From assembly GCA_016197285.1 (NCBI GenBank), contig JACPWD010000022.1:182502-246501 (forward strand): a stretch of DNA of 64,000 bases, given 5' to 3'. The DNA comes from Deltaproteobacteria bacterium (GTDB lineage: Bacteria; Desulfobacterota; Binatia; Bin18). Within the stretch, counting starts at the first letter, position 1; each line of letters opens with the position of its first letter. This document shows positions 52,903 to 62,237 of the stretch, one piece after another. A model generated the notes under the pieces. The model saw only the letters and a list, made by a program, of their open reading frames with translations, did not search any database and was not told the DNA's origin. The position numbers were made by a program, and so were the translations under genes.

Positions 52903-54024
52903 TTACGCCGCCTTGGCGGGCGCGGGCATCGTCAACGGGGCCGGGGTTTCGAGCAGTGGTGTGGTCTTCCACTTCCTGAGTTCCGGCATTACGTGTTTCA
53001 CGAAGCAGCGCATGCTGCCTTCGGCTTCCTCGAACGGCATCCCGGCGTAGCTGAAGTTGCACATGAGGCCGTTCATGTCGATGGTGTCTTTCATGAACTG
53101 CAGCTTCTCTAGCACCTGGTCCGGCGTGCCCCACGGCATCAGCTTGGCGAAGTCAGCCGCCGCGCCGTCCATGCCGTGTTTCGCGATGAACTTGCCGACG
53201 TTGCTGTAAAACTCGTAGCTCTTGTGCGTGCCGAATTTCTCGGAGGTCATTTCGTAGTGGTTCATCGCCGTGTGATAGTAGGCGGTGATCCACTTCATGG
53301 CTCGTTCTTCCGCGCGGTCTTTATTTTCGTCGACGTAGAAGAATCCACCACTCAACGGTTGAGGCGGCTCGGTGCCGTTCACTTCGCGCCAGACTTTATG
53401 GTAGACCGCGAAGTCCTGCTTCACCGCATCCCACGGCTTCTGGGGAATCACCAGCACGCCGACTCCGAGTTTCGCCATGATCGGCATGGATTCCGGCGAC
53501 ACGGCTGCCGCGTAAGCGCGACCTTTGAAGGAGCGGGCTGGGAACGGACGAATCTGGCGGCGCGGTTGGTTGGTGACCAAGCCACCTTCCATATACCCGG
53601 TCTCCAGCGCTTTCAGAATCAGTTCGGCATATTCGACGAAGCGGCCGCGCCCCTCGTTCTGGTCGAGGCGGAAACCTTCGTACTCGATCCGCGCCAAACC
53701 GCGCCCGATCCCGAGAATGAAACGACCGTTGGAAAGATGATCGAGCAGCGAAATCTGCTCGGCCACACGGACGGGATCGTGCCACGGGAGGACGACGACC
53801 ATCGAGCCGAGTTTCACGCGGCTGGTCTTGCCCGCCATATACGACAAGAATTGCAGAACATCCGGACACATCGTGTAGTCGTCAAAATGGTGCTCGATCG
53901 ACCACACCGAATCGAACCCAAGCGGCTCGGCGAGTTCGGCGAGCCGGACTTCGTTGCGATACACCTCTGCGTCCGAGAGGGCATTGCCGGGGTTCTGAAA
54001 AGCTGCACCGTAACCAATATGCAT
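52903..54024 (-). CDS. LLM-class flavin-dependent oxidoreductase
   Basis: 373 aa luciferase-like sequence; third LLM paralog in 13 kb. Confidence 0.8.
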   Translation of the reverse strand: MHIGYGAAFQNPGNALSDAEVYRNEVRLAELAEPLGFDSVWSIEHHFDDYTMCPDVLQFLSYMAGKTSRVKLGSMVVVLPWHDPVRVAEQISLLDHLSNGRFILGIGRGLARIEYEGFRLDQNEGRGRFVEYAELILKALETGYMEGGLVTNQPRRQIRPFPARSFKGRAYAAAVSPESMPIMAKLGVGVLVIPQKPWDAVKQDFAVYHKVWREVNGTEPPQPLSGGFFYVDENKDRAEERAMKWITAYYHTAMNHYEMTSEKFGTHKSYEFYSNVGKFIAKHGMDGAAADFAKLMPWGTPDQVLEKLQFMKDTIDMNGLMCNFSYAGMPFEEAEGSMRCFVKHVMPELRKWKTTPLLETPAPLTMPAPAKAA

Positions 54025-54263
54025 GAGGACCTCCTTCGTGGGGCAAAAATGAGTGTTCTATATAGCGGACGAGACGTGCGGGGACAATCCTGAACGCTCA
54101 GGCGGGGCCGGTCTTCGGTTCTAGCTGTTCTTCAGCGAGCAAAGTGCGTTTCAAGTTCCAGGTTTTAAGAAGGCTGACATTCGCCGTCACGGGCTGCTAC
54201 AAGAATGCTGCTTTTCAGTTCGTACAGAATCCCAACCGAGCAGCGGCCATATGCACCGCTCAG

Positions 54264-54494
54264 TTAGGCGGAGAGGGCAAGGGCTTTAGCCACCCCGTCC
54301 GGCAATTCGACAGTGACAAAATACTTCGTGGGGTACAAATAGTCTTCGCCTGACTCATCAATGACACGGAGGTAGCCGTCTTGAGCCGCTGTCTGGTCCG
54401 GCAATACTTGATAGACTTTGCGGATCTCAAGATCGTCGCAGCCTGTGTTTTGTATACAAAGGACAAATTCTGCTTGGGGTTTTCTTCGCTTCAT
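54264..54494 (-). CDS. Hypothetical small protein (76 aa)
   Basis: Balanced composition and lower local GC. The ATG at 54494 has a weak RBS. Track ORF starts at a GTG at 54515. No homology recognised. Confidence 0.35.
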   Translation of the reverse strand: MKRRKPQAEFVLCIQNTGCDDLEIRKVYQVLPDQTAAQDGYLRVIDESGEDYLYPTKYFVTVELPDGVAKALALSA

Positions 54495-54533
54495 ACCTTC
54501 TAAACCAACCGTCACGAGATTGGCACACCAGAG

Positions 54534-54620
54534 TTGTCACCCTGAACCCTTCGACTTCGCTCAGGATAAACTCCGTGAAGGGTCTCGCCGTGAGATTCTT
54601 CGCTGCGCTCAGAATGACAG
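54534..54620. repeat. MITE/REP-like repeat family 1 copy D (inverse orientation of copy C)
   Basis: CCCTTCGACTTCGCTCAGGATAAACTCCG ... GAGATTCTTCGCTGCGCTCAGAATGACA is the reverse complement arrangement of copy C. Confidence 0.7.
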
Positions 54621-54807
54621 GGCCGGGTGGTCGCGTCGTAAAGTGTACGAATGTCATGCCTTCCAGTTTAGTCCAGGAATTGCCTAATCTCTGTTGGAGT
54701 TCACTTCCATTCGTTGCCACGTGAGTCTGAAGTGCCAGCGGGAGATGACGGTGGGACGGTAGGGCGGACACTGCCGCCCTACCATTCACTATGACTTTCT
54801 ACGCTTA

Positions 54808-56532
54808 TCAGCAGCGCAGCAGCCGCCCCGGCAGCGAGCCGGTGGCTTGACCGTTCTCGAACGTCACTTGGCCGTTGACCATGATCCACCGGTAGCCTTC
54901 CGCGCCTTGTACGCGCCGCCAGTTGTTGGGCGGGACGTCGTAAAGCACTTCCATCGGCTTGACGGCAAGTTTCGCCAGATCGTACACGAGCAGGTCCGCC
55001 GCCAGTCCTTCCTTGACCGCGCCGCGATCTCTGAACCCCGCCACCCAGGCCGGCAAGTAACTCAGATGATAGTGCGCCTGCTCCAGGGTAATCATGCCGG
55101 TGTCGCGCACCATCCACGTCAGGAGATCGGTGACATACGCCCCCAAGGTCTGAAACTTGGTGTGGGCACCGCCGTCGGAGAAACCGGCGACCGTGCGATG
55201 GCTCAACAGCTCTTTGCAATACTCCGGGCTCTGGTTGCGGACAGGCGTTAGCCATTCCGTCTTCCAGTTGTCGGCAGCGGAGATGTCGATCAGTACGTCA
55301 ACGACGTGCTTATTCTCTTCCTTGGCGATGTCGCGGATCGTCCGATCGCGGTACTGCTTGCGCAAGTCGGCGTTCTCGATCTTGCGGCAAACGAAATCGG
55401 CAATGTCACCCAAGGCTTTCGGTTGTTTGCTGCGGTCGTACTCTTCCCGCATCGACTGCCGTAGTTTGGGGTTGACCAACTTCGCCTTGCGTTCTTCCGC
55501 CGTGCCCAAGGTCGCCTCGCGCCATGCATCGACATTATCGAAGAGGTTCCACTGCTCTTCGAGAGAGAAGCGGAAATCGAGACGCATGGTCAAGCCGTGC
55601 GCCACTAACGGAACCCCGCGTTTGTTGCATTCGTCCACGACATTCAGCATGGTGCGAAAGACTTGTGGCCTTTCATCTGTCACCAACACGGCGTTGAACA
55701 ACGTGGGCCGACTACTGAGTTCCGCAAGCCGTCCGGCGAAACCCATGTCGCGGCGCGGACCTTCGGTGCCTTCGTCCAATGCGCCGGAGACCTGGGCGAA
55801 TTGAATCGTGCCACGGTCATAGTCCGCAAGCATCTTGGCCATGTTGAGATAGAACTCGTCTCCCATCAAGTCCGACACCATGAGGGTGCCGTCATAGTCG
55901 CGTTGCACCGACGCGCCATAGCCAGTGAGGCGTTGCGCGGCCCAGCCGCCGGCACCGCACGCCATGGCTTCGTGCATAACGCGGATAATCTCCGCCATTT
56001 CCTTGTCGTTGGGTTGGCGGGCCTTCGCCTCGTTCCACCCGCCCATGACGTAACTCACCAACGGCGTGACGGGAACAAGCTGGATCATGTTGATCGCTTT
56101 GGGCATGCGATCCATGTGGTCCATCCACTGTGGAAAGGTTTCCCAATCGAACGGCATGGTCGCCTTCATCGCTTCGAAGGGAATCGCTTCGTTGCGTTCC
56201 ATGGACAACATGGAACGGTCGGCGTCTTTATGACGCACGGGCGCAAAGCCAAAGCCGCAATTGCCGTTCGTCACCGAAGTCACGCCATGCCAACTACCGA
56301 TCGTGCAGTGTGGGTCCCAGTGGATCGGCGCGTCGTAATGCGCGTGCAAGTCCACCGCCCCGGGCGCAACAACCAACCCCGAAGCATCGAGCACTTGCGT
56401 GGCATCGTTGCTTTTCAAATGACCGATCTTGGTGATGACGCCGTTTTTGATGCCGACATCGGCGCGGTAGGGCGGCACCAACGTTCCATCGACAATCGTT
56501 CCCCCTTTGATAAGGGTATCGAAGTCTGCCAT
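54808..56532 (-). CDS. N-acyl-D-amino-acid deacylase (D-aminoacylase) family amidohydrolase
   Basis: 574 aa; metal-dependent amidohydrolase motifs (VDLHAHYD, GNCGFGFAPV); GGAGG RBS. Confidence 0.8.
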   Translation of the reverse strand: MADFDTLIKGGTIVDGTLVPPYRADVGIKNGVITKIGHLKSNDATQVLDASGLVVAPGAVDLHAHYDAPIHWDPHCTIGSWHGVTSVTNGNCGFGFAPVRHKDADRSMLSMERNEAIPFEAMKATMPFDWETFPQWMDHMDRMPKAINMIQLVPVTPLVSYVMGGWNEAKARQPNDKEMAEIIRVMHEAMACGAGGWAAQRLTGYGASVQRDYDGTLMVSDLMGDEFYLNMAKMLADYDRGTIQFAQVSGALDEGTEGPRRDMGFAGRLAELSSRPTLFNAVLVTDERPQVFRTMLNVVDECNKRGVPLVAHGLTMRLDFRFSLEEQWNLFDNVDAWREATLGTAEERKAKLVNPKLRQSMREEYDRSKQPKALGDIADFVCRKIENADLRKQYRDRTIRDIAKEENKHVVDVLIDISAADNWKTEWLTPVRNQSPEYCKELLSHRTVAGFSDGGAHTKFQTLGAYVTDLLTWMVRDTGMITLEQAHYHLSYLPAWVAGFRDRGAVKEGLAADLLVYDLAKLAVKPMEVLYDVPPNNWRRVQGAEGYRWIMVNGQVTFENGQATGSLPGRLLRC

Positions 56533-56545
56533 AGCATCCTCCTTT

Positions 56546-56568
56546 GCTGATAGCTGTCAGCTATCAGC
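56546..56568. promoter_or_regulatory. 23-bp perfect palindrome GCTGATAGCTGTCAGCTATCAGC; candidate operator
   Basis: Perfect inverted repeat about a central T, 4 nt upstream of the GGAGG SD of the D-aminoacylase gene. Flanked by further GCTNTCA heptads to ~56585. Confidence 0.55.
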
Positions 56569-56677
56569 GATCAGCTTTCAGTCAGAAAGCCGGGATTTGG
56601 TAAGGCTGTTTGGATGAGGTAGGAAGACAAGGGGCTTTAATCTCCTTGTCCGAACCTGGTCCTCGATCCTCTTGTTG

Positions 56678-58426
56678 TTACGCAGCTACATCGTAACTTC
56701 GCAACATCTTGCCCGGCAACGCGCCGGTGCACTTGCCGTCCTCGAAGGTGATCTGACCATTCACTATGAGGTAGTTATAGCCATCCGCCTTCTGTACCCG
56801 CCGCCAGTCGCCATCGGGCAGATCCTGGATCGTCTCCATCGGCCGCACCGCCAGCTTCTCCAACTCGTAGACCACGATGTCCGCCGGCATGCCTTCCCGG
56901 AGCCAGCCGCGGTCACGGATGCCAATGGCCCAACCCAGCATCGCCGAAAGCCGCCAGTGCGCTTCTTCCAGGGTCATAATTTGCTTATCGCGCACCCAGT
57001 GGGCGAGGAAGTGAGTGGGATAACGGCCCAGGGTCAGGAACTTGGTGTGGGCTCCGCCATCCGAGGCGCCGATCAGACACAGCGGGTGCTTGATGATCGT
57101 GGTCAGGGCTTCCTCGTCATTGTTGATGAAGCCCTGCATGGCGAACTCGGCTTTCAAGTCCTCTTCTACCGACAGGTCCAGCATGACGTCGATCGGATGC
57201 TTCCCCTGCTCTTTGGCAATCTCGCCAATCGTCCGGCCTTTCAGGGACTTGTTCTTGGCCAGATGCACGTCATCGACAAACGTCTCGTCCCATCTGAACA
57301 TCCGCACTTGGCCCTGTTCGCCATCCGGGCTGGTTCCCGGCATCAGCGTCGGCGCTTTTTCCATGTCGCGCTTCAGGGCTGGGCGCCGGGCTGGGTCCGC
57401 TAGCTTGGCCTTGCGCTCGGCCAGCGTGCCGACCGTGGCTTCGTTCCACGCCGGCAGTTGGTCGAACAGCCCGATGGTTTCCATGGTAAACTCAAACTCG
57501 ATCGGCATGCAGATATTGACCGCCAGTACTGGCGCTTCACGATAGGCCTTCTCCGTCCACGCCAGTTGCTCACGCCAAGTGTTGGGAGAGGTGGGATCAT
57601 AAATGACCGCGTTCCAATTCACCGGACGCCCACTGGTCTTGGCTAGTTCCAACAAGAAGTCCATTCCCAGACCCTGCAGGGCGTGACCCATGGTCCACTC
57701 GATCGAGCCGCGGTTAAACTCCCGCATCACTGACGCCATTTCCAGGAACTCTTCGCGCGGCGCCACATGGGTCGGCAGATAGCCGCCGTCATAGTCACGG
57801 TTGGCCATGCTGAAGCTGGCGGAAAAGCCAAACCCGCCCGCCTGTAAGCCTTCCCGCAGAATGTGCTTGATCTCCGCCACTTGCTCCGGCTTGGTTTTGT
57901 ACTTCGGGTCCCGCGCCGCATCGTTGCCTAGCACCCAGGCGCGTAACGGGGAGTACGGCACCAGCGAAGCCGCGTTCACGCCCAGCTCGCCACGGTCCAG
58001 GCTGGTGAGAAATTCGGGAAACGTCTCCCAATCCCAACGCATCCCGGCCTGCATGCAGGAGAGCGGGATGGACTCGGTGCGCTCCATGCGCCGCATGGCC
58101 CGCTCGCGGTCCTCCGGGCGCACCGGGGCAAAGCCGAAGCCGCAGTTGCCGATGGCCACCGTCGTCACTCCGTGCCAGCCTGACAAGGTGGCATACGGGT
58201 CCCATTTGGTCCCGCCACTGAGGGCGGCGTCATAGTGAGTGTGAATGTCCATGAACCCAGGCGCCACGATACGGCCGGTGGCGTCGATGACGCGCGTAGC
58301 ACTCCCCTGAACATTCCCCATGGCCACGATTTTTCCGCCACGGATGCCAATGTTCCCTCGATATGCCGGCATCCGCAGGCCATCGATGATCGTGCCGTTT
58401 TTAATTAAGAGATCGTACTCAGCCAT
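56678..58426 (-). CDS. D-aminoacylase family amidohydrolase (paralog of 54808..56532)
   Basis: Conserved MDIHTHYD, GNCGFGFAPV. ATG 58426 (MAEYDLLIKNGT) is preceded by GGAGG. Track start 58501. Confidence 0.8.
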   Translation of the reverse strand: MAEYDLLIKNGTIIDGLRMPAYRGNIGIRGGKIVAMGNVQGSATRVIDATGRIVAPGFMDIHTHYDAALSGGTKWDPYATLSGWHGVTTVAIGNCGFGFAPVRPEDRERAMRRMERTESIPLSCMQAGMRWDWETFPEFLTSLDRGELGVNAASLVPYSPLRAWVLGNDAARDPKYKTKPEQVAEIKHILREGLQAGGFGFSASFSMANRDYDGGYLPTHVAPREEFLEMASVMREFNRGSIEWTMGHALQGLGMDFLLELAKTSGRPVNWNAVIYDPTSPNTWREQLAWTEKAYREAPVLAVNICMPIEFEFTMETIGLFDQLPAWNEATVGTLAERKAKLADPARRPALKRDMEKAPTLMPGTSPDGEQGQVRMFRWDETFVDDVHLAKNKSLKGRTIGEIAKEQGKHPIDVMLDLSVEEDLKAEFAMQGFINNDEEALTTIIKHPLCLIGASDGGAHTKFLTLGRYPTHFLAHWVRDKQIMTLEEAHWRLSAMLGWAIGIRDRGWLREGMPADIVVYELEKLAVRPMETIQDLPDGDWRRVQKADGYNYLIVNGQITFEDGKCTGALPGKMLRSYDVAA

Positions 58427-58496
58427 GAGAACCCTCCTTATCGCTCTGACGAGCGGGTTAGTGATTACGACAACCTGTTCCCAGGTCCAACCGGAA

Positions 58497-58605
58497 GCCA
58501 TCAGCCGTCAGCGATCAGCACTCAGCCAGGCAAAGGACAAAGGTCTGGTCCGACGCCCGAACTTTCTGGTTTGGCTGAAAGCTGATGGCTAATAGCTGAC
58601 AGCTT
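58497..58605. promoter_or_regulatory. Two clusters of 7-bp-period TCAGC/GCTGA repeats upstream of the second D-aminoacylase
   Basis: CATCAGC CGTCAGC GATCAGC ACTCAGC (58497..58527) and GCTGAAA GCTGATG GCTAATA GCTGACA GCTT (58574..58605). The second cluster is an imperfect version of the 56546 palindrome. Confidence 0.45.
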
Positions 58606-58786
58606 GTTCTCGTCCCGCCCTCCAACCGATCCCCATCGGCCATTCCCTTCGGCGGGACGTTTCTTGACCTCTACCACACGGCCATCCCATTTGACAGAGA
58701 GACGGCGAAATTTCTTGTTACCCGCGCGGGCAGTGCCGGGAACGACTACTTTACAATCTGGTCCCCCTTGGCCAGAATGCAAAGCT

Positions 58787-59113
58787 ATGGCGAAAAAACG
58801 AACGGCTAGTGGAAAGGGGGCCGCTCTTCTTGAGGAACTCAAAGCAGTGGCGAAGCAACTGGGCATTCGCGTGCGTGAAGAAAAACTCCTCAGAGAAGTG
58901 GGCTATCGGGTGCGGGGTGGTGGATGCCGGGTACATGATCAAAACATGGTGTTCCTGGATCGCGATCAACCGCCATCGGAACGTATCGAAATTCTTCTTG
59001 ACGAACTCGGGCAACATCCCGTGGATACAACGCAACTGTCCCCGGCGGCGCGCCGCCTGCTGAGCGGAGGAACACGTGAGCAACCGCCTGGAAATCTTCC
59101 GGCAGTGGATTAA
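58787..59113 (+). CDS. Hypothetical protein (108 aa) upstream of and overlapping fur
   Basis: ATG 58787 in frame with track ORF 58604..59113. Overlaps the fur start by 38 nt. No homology recognised. Confidence 0.35.
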   Translation: MAKKRTASGKGAALLEELKAVAKQLGIRVREEKLLREVGYRVRGGGCRVHDQNMVFLDRDQPPSERIEILLDELGQHPVDTTQLSPAARRLLSGGTREQPPGNLPAVD

Positions 59114-59531
59114 AGAACAGGGCTTGAAGGCGACCTCGCAACGCGAGGATATCGCGCAAGTCTTTCTGGCCGCGAATCGCCACATCAGCGTGGAGGAGCT
59201 GTACAGCGAGGTGCGGCATGTGAATCCCCGCGTCGGTTATGCCACGGTGTACCGCACGATGAAGCTGTTGATCGAATGCGGACTCGCGGTGGAACGTCAC
59301 TTCGCCGATGGACAGGCGCGGTTCGAGAAGGTCGAGGAGGAGCGCCACCATGACCACATCATCTGCGAGCGCTGCGGTCGCATCATCGAGTTTGTCGATC
59401 CGCAGATCGAGCAAATGCAAGCCAAGGTGGCGCGGCAATACGGGTTCCTGGCCACTGACCACAAGATGGAAATCTACGGCATCTGTCAGGAATGCCGCGA
59501 GGGACGAGAGTCTCGTCAAACGGCCAGTTGA
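59076..59531 (+). CDS. fur: Fur-family transcriptional regulator
   Basis: 151 aa; DNA-binding helix region plus HHDHIICERCGRIIEF metal-site motif and C-terminal CxxC; GTG start with GGAGG RBS. Confidence 0.85.
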   Translation: MSNRLEIFRQWIKEQGLKATSQREDIAQVFLAANRHISVEELYSEVRHVNPRVGYATVYRTMKLLIECGLAVERHFADGQARFEKVEEERHHDHIICERCGRIIEFVDPQIEQMQAKVARQYGFLATDHKMEIYGICQECREGRESRQTAS

Positions 59532-60292
59532 AACAGGGCTTCTGTATTCCTCTTAGTCGCTTCGACAACCTCTGCCAGACCGAGCCCTCGGACCTCGGCG
59601 ATGGCTTGCGCCACCTGCGCGACATACGCAGGCTCGTTCCGTTTCCCGCGATACGGGACCGGGGCAAGCAAAGGACAGTCGGTTTCGACTAAAAGGCAAT
59701 CCAGCGGCACGACTTTCGCCACGGCGCGTAAGGCATGAGCGCTTTTGAAGGTGACGATGCCGCTGAAGGAAAGATACAGCCCAAGCGCGAGCAGTTCACG
59801 AGCTTCGTCCGCGCTGCCGGTGAAGCAGTGCATAACGCCGCGCACCCTCCCGCCACCCTCTTCACGCAACGTGGCCGCTGCTTCCGTGTAAGCGTCGCGC
59901 ACATGCATCGACAGCGGCAGCTCCAGCTCGCACGCCAGCCGGATGAACCGGCGAAAATGCGCACGTTGGTCTTCTCTGGGTGAGTTATCGTAGTAGAAGT
60001 CGAGCCCGGTTTCGCCCAGGCCAACGACCTTGGGATGCTGGGCGAGTTGGCGCAACTGCGCGTAGGTCTCCTCGGTAATGGTCTTGGCATCGTGAGGATG
60101 CACGCCAACGACGGCAAAAATAGACGGATGAGCTTGAGCCAAAGCCACAGCTTTTTCGTTATGGGAAAAATCGCCGTTGGCACCGATGACGATGAAGCGT
60201 CCCACGCCGGCGGCATGAGCACGCGCGAGGACTGCCTCCAGGTCTTCGTCGAAGAGGCGGTCAGTCAGATGACAGTGCGAATCGATGAGCAT
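59516..60292 (-). CDS. tatD: TatD-family hydrolase (DNase)
   Basis: MLIDSHCHL N-terminus from ATG 60292, conserved His/Glu/Asp metal ligands. Track start is a GTG at 60298. Confidence 0.85.
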   Translation of the reverse strand: MLIDSHCHLTDRLFDEDLEAVLARAHAAGVGRFIVIGANGDFSHNEKAVALAQAHPSIFAVVGVHPHDAKTITEETYAQLRQLAQHPKVVGLGETGLDFYYDNSPREDQRAHFRRFIRLACELELPLSMHVRDAYTEAAATLREEGGGRVRGVMHCFTGSADEARELLALGLYLSFSGIVTFKSAHALRAVAKVVPLDCLLVETDCPLLAPVPYRGKRNEPAYVAQVAQAIAEVRGLGLAEVVEATKRNTEALFQLAV

Positions 60293-60328
60293 AGGCACCC
60301 TACTACTTCGTCCACCGGAATAAGAAGG

Positions 60329-60446
60329 GTGTCATTCCGAGCCGAAATGCCATGGAGGCGAGGAATCTCGTGTTGTCTCTGCCAGCTTGAGATTCCTCGT
60401 CGCGGAGTTTACCCCGAGCGAAGTCGAGGGGCCTTTCGCAATGACA
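60329..60446. repeat. MITE/REP-like repeat family 1 copy E
   Basis: GTCATTCCGAGCCGAAATGCCATGGAGGCGAGGAATCTCGTG ... GAGATTCCTCGTCGCGGAGTTTACCCCGAGCGAAGTCGAGGGG ... CAATGACAG; between tatD and metG. Confidence 0.7.
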
Positions 60447-60472
60447 GCCTTCAGGATCACCCAGGCGGATAA

Positions 60473-61999
60473 TTACGTCAGTCGCGGGAACAGCGGTTGC
60501 GGTTTCTGGACGAGATGCCCTGGTGCGAAAGCCTTGCCCCAAGGCAGGTCATACGCGCGTTTGAGTTCGGCTGGAAACGCTAGGGAGGCGAAAATTTTCT
60601 CACAGGTGTCCGGCAAGAACGGCGTCAGCAGTTGGGCGGAGACGCGCAGGGCTTCCAGCAAGTTATGGAGAATAGCGCCGACGCGGGGCAGCGAGGCCGG
60701 ATCTTTCGCCAAGGTGAAGGGCGCGGTCTCGGTAATGTACTTGTTCGCTTGATCCGTGGCGCGGAACACCGCCTCTAGCGCCCGACTGAGCGACAGATTG
60801 GCCACGTGCTGTGCGACCTCGGTCGCGGCTTGAGCGAAGGCCGCCGCCAGCCGTTGGTCGATCTCCGGCGCGGGATCGTTTAGCGGTTGAACCACGCCGT
60901 TGAAGTACCGATCCTGCATCGCCAGCGACCGGCTCACCAGATTACCGATATTATTGGCCAACTCGGCGTTGTAGTGGGCATGAAGACTGTCCTCGCGGAA
61001 ATCTGCGTCTTGGCCGAAGACACTCTCGCGCAAGAGGAAATAACGAAACGCATCGAGCCCAATTTTAGCTTTCATGTCCAAGGGCGAAATCACATTGCCC
61101 AGGCTTTTGGACATCTTCTGCCCTTCCACTGTCCAGAAGCCGTGCACGTTCAAATGCCGATACAATGGCACCCCCATCGCCATCAGCATGGTCGGCCAGA
61201 ACACGCCGTGCGGCTTGAGAATGTCTTTTCCGATAAAGTGTTCAGCCTCGGGCCAGAATCGCTCGAACACGTCCTCGCCTTTGTATTTCAAGGCGCTGAT
61301 GTAATTCAGCAGCGCATCGAACCAAACATAAGTGACGTAGCGGGAATCGAAGGGCATCTCGATGCCCCAGGTCAGGCGCGTCTTGGGACGGGAAATCGAC
61401 AGGTCGCCGATCGGCTCGCGCAGCATGGCCACGACTTCATTCCGAAAACCCTCCGGGCGGATGAAGTCGGGATGAGCTTCAAGATGCCGAATCAAGCGCT
61501 CCTGATACTTGCTCATGCGAAAGAAGTAGGTTTCTTCTTCGATCTGTTTCGGTTCGGTCAGATGGTCGGGACATTTGCCGTCGCGGAGTTCTTTGGTCGT
61601 GTAAAAGCGCTCGCAGCCGAAGCAGTACAAGCCCTGATAGCCGCCAAAGTAGATGTCGTCAGTGTCGTACAAACGTGCGAGCACTTCCTGGACATAACGG
61701 ATGTGGTGCTCATCCGTGGTGCGGATGAAGTGATCGTAGGTAATGTCGCATTCATCCCACGCGGCACGAAACGAGGCGCTGACTTGGTCCGTCAATGCTT
61801 TAGGCGACAGCCCGGCAGCGGCGGCGGCTTTTTCGATCTTGTCGCCGTGCTCGTCGGTGCCGGTGAGAAAAAACGTGTCCCAACCGCGCGCCCGATAGTA
61901 GCGGGCCAAGGTGTCGGTAATCAGCATGGTGTAGGCGCTGCCCAGATGCGGGTCGCCGTTCACGTAGTAGATAGGGGTGGTGATATAAATCCGTGGCAT
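60473..61999 (-). CDS. metG: Methionine--tRNA ligase (short form)
   Basis: HIGH-like PHLGSAYT, zinc knuckle CFGCERF...CPDH, KMSKS. ATG 61999 (MPRIYITTPIYYVNG) has a GAGGA RBS. Track ORF over-extends to 62500 through repeat copy F. Confidence 0.9.
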   Translation of the reverse strand: MPRIYITTPIYYVNGDPHLGSAYTMLITDTLARYYRARGWDTFFLTGTDEHGDKIEKAAAAAGLSPKALTDQVSASFRAAWDECDITYDHFIRTTDEHHIRYVQEVLARLYDTDDIYFGGYQGLYCFGCERFYTTKELRDGKCPDHLTEPKQIEEETYFFRMSKYQERLIRHLEAHPDFIRPEGFRNEVVAMLREPIGDLSISRPKTRLTWGIEMPFDSRYVTYVWFDALLNYISALKYKGEDVFERFWPEAEHFIGKDILKPHGVFWPTMLMAMGVPLYRHLNVHGFWTVEGQKMSKSLGNVISPLDMKAKIGLDAFRYFLLRESVFGQDADFREDSLHAHYNAELANNIGNLVSRSLAMQDRYFNGVVQPLNDPAPEIDQRLAAAFAQAATEVAQHVANLSLSRALEAVFRATDQANKYITETAPFTLAKDPASLPRVGAILHNLLEALRVSAQLLTPFLPDTCEKIFASLAFPAELKRAYDLPWGKAFAPGHLVQKPQPLFPRLT

Positions 62000-62080
62000 A
62001 TGTCCTCGAAGAGGTCTCAAACAGTTTACGGGAGTTGAACCTTGCACTAACAAATCAGGGGGCCACGGACGAAGAGGGGT

Positions 62081-62176
62081 TGTCATTCCGAGCCGCAATG
62101 CAATGGAGGCGAGGAATCTCGTGCTGGTCCTGCTCTCGTGAGATTCTTCGTCGCTGCGCTCCTCAGAATGACATTC
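62081..62176. repeat. MITE/REP-like repeat family 1 copy F
   Basis: TGTCATTCCGAGCCGCAATGCAATGGAGGCGAGGAATCTCGTG ... GAGATTCTTCGTCGCTGCGCTCCTCAGAATGACA; between metG and holB. Confidence 0.7.
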
Positions 62177-62237
62177 CTCAGCCTCACAAGCATCATATGG
62201 ACAAACTACTAGTCGCCCGTGGCACTCGCTCCTTCCC

